Shown in pieces: positions 25,887-32,000 of a stretch of 32,000 bases of DNA. The notes beneath the pieces were generated by a model. It did no database searches, had not been told where the DNA came from, and saw only the letters and a list, made by a program, of their open reading frames with translations. Numbering within the stretch: position 1 is the first letter of the stretch; each line of letters starts with the position of its first letter. This stretch comes from Ruminococcus albus 7 = DSM 20455. Its GTDB lineage: Bacteria; Bacillota; Clostridia; Oscillospirales; Ruminococcaceae. The position numbers and the translations under genes are program-made. The DNA lies in assembly GCF_000179635.2 (NCBI RefSeq), contig NC_014833.1, positions 840,001 to 872,000 of the forward strand, in the 5' to 3' direction.

Positions 25887-26770
25887 GACCTGTTCACCTT
25901 AGCAAGCTTGATATACTTATCAAGATCTATCTTCTTAAAAAAATTATAACTGTCACAATTTATATCCTGACCAAATATACCCATCTGAACTGGTGATGAA
26001 ATGACTATATCAGTATCGGGTATATTGAAGATATCACGGAACTGGTCTTCCGTAAGAGGCTGACCATAATAGGGATACCAGTTCTTTTCGTGGAATGACA
26101 TGGACTCCATCACCCTCAGCACGACACGTCGTAAAAACATAACCGAGCACATGGGGTAGAAGCATTTTTTCATATTAATAGGTTCCGACGGGCTTTTCAG
26201 CCTTATCTCGGAGTTGAACACCTCGTCATTGCTGTAGCATGAGCTGAACACTTTAAGGTCAACACCTATGCCGTATTCTTCAAGCAGTTTTATCAGACTG
26301 AGAGTCAGCGCGCCGCGGTTGGTGACTGCCTGCTCTAAGGTGTGAATTGAATATGCCAGATTGAACCATATAGTAACGAATTTTTTCTCTCTTGCTCTTG
26401 TGAGCCTGTACATTGTCTTCGGAGTACCTGCCACGTACGCGGGAATATTTGGGTGAGAGCCTGCCATTGCCTTTTCCTGCCTGCGTCTGTAAGTTCTTAT
26501 CGGCATAGTCTTTTCAAATTCCTTCAGCATTTCCAGTGTAATGTCATAATTACCCGTATATCCGCCGATAAGATAATCTACAGCATTATCAAAGGTATCC
26601 TCGGGAAAATCCGGACGTCTGATGATACTGTGCTGTTTGAGAAATATTTTGTCGTTTACTTTAGGTTTGCTGAGTATATACATCTGCATATCACTCAGAC
26701 TGTTGAACGCCGCATTGTATACAGTCATTTTTTTGTATTGGTATACTTTGAGGTTCATAAATTCTCTCAT
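25880..26770 (-). CDS. Unknown protein, partner immediately downstream of the AAA_5 NTPase; gene 3 of the operon
   Basis: 296 aa. ATGA start/stop overlap with the NTPase gene. No motif I can assign. The strand-helix pattern KKFVTIWFNLAYSIH...RGALTLSLIKLLEEYGIGVDLKVF could be a degenerate vWA/Rossmann-like core without a DxSxS MIDAS. Confidence 0.75.
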   Translation of the reverse strand: MREFMNLKVYQYKKMTVYNAAFNSLSDMQMYILSKPKVNDKIFLKQHSIIRRPDFPEDTFDNAVDYLIGGYTGNYDITLEMLKEFEKTMPIRTYRRRQEKAMAGSHPNIPAYVAGTPKTMYRLTRAREKKFVTIWFNLAYSIHTLEQAVTNRGALTLSLIKLLEEYGIGVDLKVFSSCYSNDEVFNSEIRLKSPSEPINMKKCFYPMCSVMFLRRVVLRVMESMSFHEKNWYPYYGQPLTEDQFRDIFNIPDTDIVISSPVQMGIFGQDINCDSYNFFKKIDLDKYIKLAKVNRSC

Positions 26771-28911
26771 CGTCTTGTTTCTCCGTTTCGTATAGCGTTA
26801 ACTATATTGCTGAACACGCTGAATATCCCGACACTTTTTCTTTCACGACCGTCGTAGAACTTTGCCATTTCTCTCTGTAGAAATGCAAGATATTCGCTGT
26901 CCTTGGTCTCAACGAATTCATATCTGACGATCGCCTCGACATCGTAACTCTGGTGATCAAGGTACTTCTTTATGCTGGTTGCATCACGGGTGGTGAATAT
27001 ACCCGGAGCTGCTGTCTGATTTTCTTTGCTCCATGCAGTGGTGGCATTGCGGAAGACCTCAGCGAATTCAAACCACTGAGGATAATTACAAAGTATGTTC
27101 TCTTCAAGTCTGTTATCGTAATCAACGTATATCGCTGTGAATCTCTGCATGAGAGATTCCTCTATCTTCTCACGGGTGCTGTAATTCCTGTCAGCGCCGT
27201 CACCTGCGGTGTTGCCTGCTGCTATGATACGGAAATTCGGGTGGCGCATTACTCGCTCGCCGTTAGGGAAGCAGTAGCTTGCATTTTTGGAATTGGACAT
27301 AAAGCTGTTGAGTTTTACTGCTGCCCTGATATTGCCATTATCAAATTCATCGCAGAAAACTATACCGCCGTATTTGTATGCTCGGTAGAATGCAGGATAG
27401 TTGTATCCGCCGTCCGCTGTCTGGAATCCCAGCAGGTCATATTCCTCGTTTATGTAGCCGATATCCAGATATTCCAGTCCCAACAGCTTGGCTATCTGCC
27501 CTACAAGAAAAGTTTTTCCGCAGCCGGATGGGCCTATCATATATGGGTTTGAATCTTCGATTACAGCGGTGATTATATCATCGAAATGCTCATGATAAAG
27601 AGTATTGTTTTCATCGATATACTTCTGCTTTTTCTCCATGAGTTTTGCGAACCTGTCTTTGAAGGGATAGGATTCATCAAAGAAGAAATTAGGTGTCATA
27701 TCAGCAGGCTCGGTGCATCTCTGGGCATTTATCTGAACTATGGTTGGGTGCACTCCTGCCGCCACCTGTATTGGTGCGGCAGCTGCTTCAGTTTTTTCGG
27801 CGTCGAAATTTTTGCTGAACTCATCAACGCGTATTATTCTGTTCACCAGATCACTGCTCTTGTTTACCTCTGATATGATATTTTTCAGTTCGCCGTTGTT
27901 AAGCATTGACGAGGCTCTGTCAATAGCTTTGTTTGCCTCCGTGTTTATGCGGAAAAGCTCTGCGGCTGTGTTGTCCTTTATGCCTGAAGCCAACAGTTTA
28001 AGCTCTCTTATCTTACTGTCCGCAGAATCTATGACATCTCTGATCAGCTTATCCTTTTCAAACACTATACTGTCATGTTCTTCGTTCAGAAAAGCATCAA
28101 AAGATTCTTTCAACTTGAATTCCGCATTCTTTGCTTCTCTTGTAAGTTTTTCCGTCTCACTAAGTGTGAGATCCTTGATAGTCTTTTCATTCTGCTCAAC
28201 AAATCTTTTGAAGCTGTCGAGGCGATCTTCTGTAAGGTCGAGAGTGTGCTTTGCGTTCTCAAGGTTTTCCTTGCTGTTTTTCAGCAACATCTCAGACCTT
28301 GCTATCCTTTCTTCACTGATATCGTATATTCCGCAAGCCATTCGCGCATAGCTGAGAAGTTTTTCACATTCGATCTCTTTGTCATGAGCACTGCATATCT
28401 TGATAGCACCGCTTATAAGCGATGAGGCAAAGCTTTTCTCATTGTTGTGGTACTGTCTGAGCTCACAGCTGAAAGTATTGATATAATAGATGTTTTTTTC
28501 TGCTGTTGGTATATCTGCAATGGTGCACATGGTATCGATGTAGATCTGCTTGTCACTGAAACATAAATACATCTCTTTAGTGAACAATCCTGAATGATAG
28601 ATGCCGTCCTTTTCAAATATTTTCAAAAATACTGCATTTGCAAACCTGAAATCTTTGGTTGCTTTTCCGAGAGGAAGTACGGTGCGGTAGATATCCTCTG
28701 CATCTTTCATTATTTCTATAGGCGATTTTTCACTTCGGGAAGTTATAATGCTGTTGACCAGCTTTGAAAGTGTTTCTTCCGAGCCGAATCTGTTTTTATC
28801 GGGCTCCCGCTTTATCTCACTGAGGTATATACTCAGCGGAACATATTTATCGTCCTTTTTTAACGCTGCCTTGACCGCCTGCAATATTGCGTCTATCCTG
28901 TTTTTTGTCAT
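26767..28911 (-). CDS. Coiled-coil-containing AAA_5 (MoxR/McrB-like) NTPase; gene 2 of the operon
   Basis: 714 aa. Walker A GPSGCGKT (27511-27534), Walker B IVFCDEFD (27340-27363), sensor region IIAAGNTAGDGAD (27190-27228) and LMQRF. The N-terminal ~190-aa domain is unassigned. A long E/K/L-rich heptad-like segment covers about aa 195-345 (27879-28329). Confidence 0.85.
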   Translation of the reverse strand: MTKNRIDAILQAVKAALKKDDKYVPLSIYLSEIKREPDKNRFGSEETLSKLVNSIITSRSEKSPIEIMKDAEDIYRTVLPLGKATKDFRFANAVFLKIFEKDGIYHSGLFTKEMYLCFSDKQIYIDTMCTIADIPTAEKNIYYINTFSCELRQYHNNEKSFASSLISGAIKICSAHDKEIECEKLLSYARMACGIYDISEERIARSEMLLKNSKENLENAKHTLDLTEDRLDSFKRFVEQNEKTIKDLTLSETEKLTREAKNAEFKLKESFDAFLNEEHDSIVFEKDKLIRDVIDSADSKIRELKLLASGIKDNTAAELFRINTEANKAIDRASSMLNNGELKNIISEVNKSSDLVNRIIRVDEFSKNFDAEKTEAAAAPIQVAAGVHPTIVQINAQRCTEPADMTPNFFFDESYPFKDRFAKLMEKKQKYIDENNTLYHEHFDDIITAVIEDSNPYMIGPSGCGKTFLVGQIAKLLGLEYLDIGYINEEYDLLGFQTADGGYNYPAFYRAYKYGGIVFCDEFDNGNIRAAVKLNSFMSNSKNASYCFPNGERVMRHPNFRIIAAGNTAGDGADRNYSTREKIEESLMQRFTAIYVDYDNRLEENILCNYPQWFEFAEVFRNATTAWSKENQTAAPGIFTTRDATSIKKYLDHQSYDVEAIVRYEFVETKDSEYLAFLQREMAKFYDGRERKSVGIFSVFSNIVNAIRNGETRR

Positions 28912-28921
28912 ATCCTTCCAC

Positions 28922-30037
28922 CTATTCGTTATCTTTATGTAAGTATCTGTCTATTATTTCAACACCGGGTATACCAAAAAGATCATCCTTGATTTTTTTG
29001 ATCTCTCCATCGTTTATATGTCGGTAATAATATCCTTCCTGTGAGCTGTCCAGGCTCTTTATGATTCTTGTGCAGCACAGTTTTGATTGTACAAGCAGCC
29101 TGGTTTTTTCTCTGAATATTTCATGAACTACCGATATCTCACTTTTTCTGCCGTTGCAGAGTTCTTCCTCATATATCTGAGTTATCATTTCGCTGTCATT
29201 GCAGTAAATTGTTTCTTTATCCGTCATGAAGATCTTTTCGCCCCAAGGCAATAAAGCTCCCTGAGCATAATTGCCGCCGATCTCGCATATCAGCTTCACT
29301 TCCTCAGACATTTCAGTTTTTTCAAGCTCGGGAGAGATCTCCTCACAGAATATCACTTGTCCGTCTTCGATGATCATACATCTGAGGCTGTTCTGTAATA
29401 GATCGTATATATATTCATGTCGAAGCTCCCTATCGGTAAAACTTTGGGTTATCACTTCGGTTTTTGAATGGGCATACCTGAGCGTGATCTGTGCTGTGTG
29501 AGTGCCATTGAATAGATTTCCCAGAGTATAAACATATTCGTTACCCTGTGAAGTTATGCTGCATGGCAGTTGTTTATTTATTCCGTTGACAGTACAGGAT
29601 ATCATATATCTGTTTCTGTTCCCTTTGATGTTTGAAAGCCTAAATGTTGCTTCTGCATCACTGTATATCTTTGAAAGAAAGTATTCGATGAAATTTTTGG
29701 AAAACATACCTGTGCCGAACGTCAGTACCTTTTCTTCATGCTTACTGCACTCAGCAATAAAGTTGAAACGCGTGGGGAAACTAAGTTTTTTACGTTTCTC
29801 AATTATCTCGGAAGTATAGTCGTCGAAACAGCTTTCGGGGTAATTGAGATACAATCGGTCTGCTGTTTTTGCCAGCATGGAGAAGTAGTCGTCATATTCA
29901 CATAGATTGATATACTTATTTCCGTTATATATCACTATCAGTGCCTGTGTGTTATCAGGCATGGTGTAATATCTTATCAGATCTGCTTTTTCTATCTGAG
30001 ATATTTCCAACTGAGTTCTGCTCATGAATGGTGTCAT
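28922..30037 (-). CDS. Unknown protein; gene 1 of the operon
   Basis: 371 aa. The ATG is 10 nt after RBS AGGAG (30048-30052). There is a 10-bp gap containing GGTGGAAGGA before the next gene. No signal peptide, TM segment or motif I recognise. Confidence 0.75.
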   Translation of the reverse strand: MTPFMSRTQLEISQIEKADLIRYYTMPDNTQALIVIYNGNKYINLCEYDDYFSMLAKTADRLYLNYPESCFDDYTSEIIEKRKKLSFPTRFNFIAECSKHEEKVLTFGTGMFSKNFIEYFLSKIYSDAEATFRLSNIKGNRNRYMISCTVNGINKQLPCSITSQGNEYVYTLGNLFNGTHTAQITLRYAHSKTEVITQSFTDRELRHEYIYDLLQNSLRCMIIEDGQVIFCEEISPELEKTEMSEEVKLICEIGGNYAQGALLPWGEKIFMTDKETIYCNDSEMITQIYEEELCNGRKSEISVVHEIFREKTRLLVQSKLCCTRIIKSLDSSQEGYYYRHINDGEIKKIKDDLFGIPGVEIIDRYLHKDNE

Positions 30038-30072
30038 AGTTTACGCACTCCTGTACGCGTTAGAATTATAAT

Positions 30073-30105
30073 ATGGTTATCTTTTAGCACACCACATGAT
30101 CTTAC
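30073..30105 (+). repeat. Solo IS1595-like terminal inverted-repeat remnant
   Basis: ATGGTTATCTTTTAGCACACCACATGATCTTAC versus the IS left end ATGGTTATCCCTTTAACACACCACAGATAATTTAC. Most positions match, with one small gap. The flanking sequence is unrelated to the IS interior. Confidence 0.4.
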
Positions 30106-30189
30106 ATTATTATAAGCGTTTATAAAGGATCTGTTATCTATCAGGTAAATTATGTGGTAACTTAGGTGCGCATGACTGATATCCATTAA

Positions 30190-30362
30190 ATATTATATCA
30201 TATGTATCAATAAAAGTAAAGCAACTGCAACGTGCTTGAATGTTAGCTTTAGTTGCGAAGCCTCACACGACTAAAGTCGCGTGCTTCCAATAGTGTCCTA
30301 TAGGACACGCCCACTTTAGGAGGGCGGACTACGTTTCTACCATACAGCCTGAACTCAGAAAA
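30190..30362 (-). ncRNA. Candidate omega-RNA (reRNA) scaffold/right end of the TnpB element (boundaries approximate)
   Basis: It lies immediately 3' of the tnpB stop. Dense hairpins on the minus strand: CGCCC-n10-GGGCG, GTGTCC-TATA-GGACAC, GAAGC[CACGCGAC-TTTA-GTCGTGTG]AGGCTTC and GCAAC-n21-GTTGC. The complementary ACTTTAGT / ACTAAAG segments suggest a pseudoknot. Confidence 0.45.
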
Positions 30363-31688
30363 TTATGCTGTTGGAGCAATAAATTCCGCATTCAGGTTAA
30401 CTAAGGTAGAGAACGTGCAGGTGCTTCTCTTACTGCATTGAGGGACTTTAGCCTCAATGAGCAACCTTGAATTCTCATCCAAGGATTTTAATATTTCACG
30501 TATGAAGTATCTTGCCCCTATATTATACGAAGCAGATAGATCACAGTTGTAGGTCTTGCCATTTTGAAATTTGCATAGCTCATAGGTATTGAAACCACCG
30601 AATTTACCACGAAGTACAAAACCACTGCCATCGTAGGCAAGGCGTGACGTATTCCATGCACAGATATGGCTTACTCTCATACCTAGTCTGTGAGCTTTAT
30701 TCGTTACAATAGACTGAACTTCCTGACTGCGCCACAGCTTGAGTTTCTGCTTTTTAGAACCGCGGACCTTACCGTTCTTGTCTAAATGCTCAAATACAAT
30801 AACATCTGCATTATAAAGAACAGCTATATCTACGATGCAGGCAGCAGTTTTAGTGGCAATGTCGTGATTGATTCCTTTGGCTTTTGCCCAAAGCCTTGGT
30901 GTTTTATAGTTACCATGCTGCTGAGCTTTTTTTATACGGTTAACACAATGCATAAGATGGTCTGTTTCTTTGGTAAGCTTATAAAAATGCCTTCCAAGAA
31001 TAGTGCCATCTGAACGCATTACGGAAATCGTAGCTGCGGTGTTTATTCCAAGATCTACAGCAACAATGGTCTGTTCATACACAGATATATCTGCAAGTTT
31101 GACCTTTTCCTCAAACGGAAAGTCCAAAAACCACTCCTTGCCTCGTTTTTGAAGTGTTGGAGCGCATTGCTTGCGAAAATTGCAATGTCTGTATATATAA
31201 TCCATATCAGACTTTTTAAAGTTTATCGTTATCCAGTCCCATGTATTACGGATGTAGACTTTGATCTGGGCAGTATAATCACCGGTCTGATTGTACATTC
31301 CTGTACGATACATTGACGGAAATGTATATCCTGCTTTTGGATACGATGGTTCTCTGCCTACAGGATCTTTTATCCAATTGGCGAGATTGCTTTTGTAAGA
31401 TGATACCTTGCCTATAGCTTCGTTAATAGCACCACGGCGCAGATAGCTTGGCATCTTATAGAATTTTGTATCAAAATCATAAATTGGATCGGGATTATCT
31501 TTTGTAGAATGGATCAGTGTTTCAATATATGTGAGTTTACTCACCCCTTTGAATGAAACAATGTTATCCCATTTATCAAGACATACTTTGATAAGGTAAT
31601 CTACAGCATGTCTGTATACGATAACGGTATCTTTAAAGATGTTGTTGTAATGCTTGATCTTAACGCTATAAGTCGTATATATCTGCAT
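30363..31688 (-). CDS. tnpB: IS200/IS605-family TnpB-like RNA-guided endonuclease (OrfB), with no TnpA nearby
   Basis: 441 aa. The RuvC triad context is IVAVDLGIN (D), DVIVFEHLD (E) and YNCDLSASYNIGARY (D, matching the hADxNAAxNI motif). RBS GGAGGGAG upstream. The usual CxxC...CxxC zinc finger between E and the last D appears degenerate. Confidence 0.85.
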   Translation of the reverse strand: MQIYTTYSVKIKHYNNIFKDTVIVYRHAVDYLIKVCLDKWDNIVSFKGVSKLTYIETLIHSTKDNPDPIYDFDTKFYKMPSYLRRGAINEAIGKVSSYKSNLANWIKDPVGREPSYPKAGYTFPSMYRTGMYNQTGDYTAQIKVYIRNTWDWITINFKKSDMDYIYRHCNFRKQCAPTLQKRGKEWFLDFPFEEKVKLADISVYEQTIVAVDLGINTAATISVMRSDGTILGRHFYKLTKETDHLMHCVNRIKKAQQHGNYKTPRLWAKAKGINHDIATKTAACIVDIAVLYNADVIVFEHLDKNGKVRGSKKQKLKLWRSQEVQSIVTNKAHRLGMRVSHICAWNTSRLAYDGSGFVLRGKFGGFNTYELCKFQNGKTYNCDLSASYNIGARYFIREILKSLDENSRLLIEAKVPQCSKRSTCTFSTLVNLNAEFIAPTA

Positions 31689-31852
31689 ACTGTAGACTCC
31701 CTCCTTCTACTTAGTTTTTTGAGAATTAATGTAATCAGTTACCTGTTTAAGACTTCTGTCGCTTACAGTTGCTACAAAATACGATGGATTCCATATATAT
31801 TTATTATAGTAGATTTTTTTAAGAATTTAAAATTTTATATACTTAAAAGTTG

Positions 31853-31886
31853 TTCTGTGTTTGTGTCACGCGTGACACAAACAGAA
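31853..31886. repeat. Long palindrome upstream of tnpB (candidate left-end subterminal hairpin)
   Basis: TTCTG(TG)TTTGTGTCACG|CGTGACACAAACAGAA forms 16 bp of pairing with a 2-nt bulge. The central 22 nt are a perfect palindrome. Confidence 0.6.
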
Positions 31887-31920
31887 TTCAATTTTTCTTT
31901 TTATGAGGTTTAATATGCAG

Positions 31921-31954
31921 AAAGACAGCTAAGCTTACACACTTAGCTGTCTTT
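31921..31954. repeat. 13-bp stem hairpin near the window end
   Basis: AAAGACAGCTAAG-CTTACACA-CTTAGCTGTCTTT. There is no adjacent T-tract on either strand, so it is not a classical terminator. Confidence 0.5.
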
Positions 31955-32000
31955 CACTTAAGAATTATAGTATCTGACATTCTTAATTGAGGCTTACAGT

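Noticed and set aside
26953-28942. Plus-strand ORFs inside the AAA_5 gene (for example 26953-27552, 27740-28351, 28075-28425).
   Set aside because: They are antisense to a strongly supported CDS. The Ser/Leu/Phe-rich products are what is expected opposite an E/K-rich coiled coil, and there are no translation signals.
23304-30105. The IS1595-like termini at 23304 and 30073 might bracket the xylanase and the four-gene operon as a mobile unit.
   Set aside because: Both termini face the same direction, with their interiors toward higher coordinates. They cannot be the two outer ends of one element.
1-32000. A search of the whole window for rRNA, tRNA and CRISPR arrays.
   Set aside because: I noticed no cloverleaf-compatible GTTCGAATC-type T-arm context, no rRNA-like conserved blocks and no regularly spaced 25-40-bp direct repeats on either strand.

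Overview
This is accessory, IS-riddled chromosomal DNA of roughly 40% GC by eye. It probably comes from a fibrolytic Ruminococcus-like Clostridium, an inference from a GH9 cellulase, a GH11 xylanase and a dockerin protein. I saw no rRNA, tRNA or CRISPR array. Contents from left to right: (1) Two paralogous BspA-type leucine-rich-repeat surface proteins, one split by a 1023-bp IS1595-family element, followed by an orphan copy of an ~85-aa C-terminal module. That module also ends the GH9 and GH11 enzymes. (2) A cassette of small proteins and two paralogous lipoproteins. (3) An IS66-family element (8016-12052) with its own 8-bp target duplication. Its tnpC is split by a second, near-identical IS1595 copy, and it carries a passenger ORF. 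A truncated second IS66 end lies next to it. (4) A decayed Schlafen/HATPase_c_4-type gene, an IS1182-like transposase fragment, an AAA+/DUF4143 ATPase and an SMI1/KNR4-GNAT fusion. (5) A multidomain GH9 with non-canonical catalytic motifs, several small ORFs, a dockerin protein with lytic-transglycosylase-like motifs, a third IS1595 fragment and a GH11 xylanase. (6) The most interesting locus is a tightly coupled four-gene minus-strand operon (25185-30037). It encodes an unknown 371-aa protein, a 714-aa coiled-coil AAA_5 (MoxR/McrB-like) NTPase, an unknown 296-aa protein and a short TelA-like helical protein. It is bounded by a strong terminator and by a TnpA-less IS200/IS605-type TnpB element with a structured omega-RNA-like tail. 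I do not recognise this gene combination as a described system. All family assignments come from motif recognition by eye and need HMM or structure confirmation.
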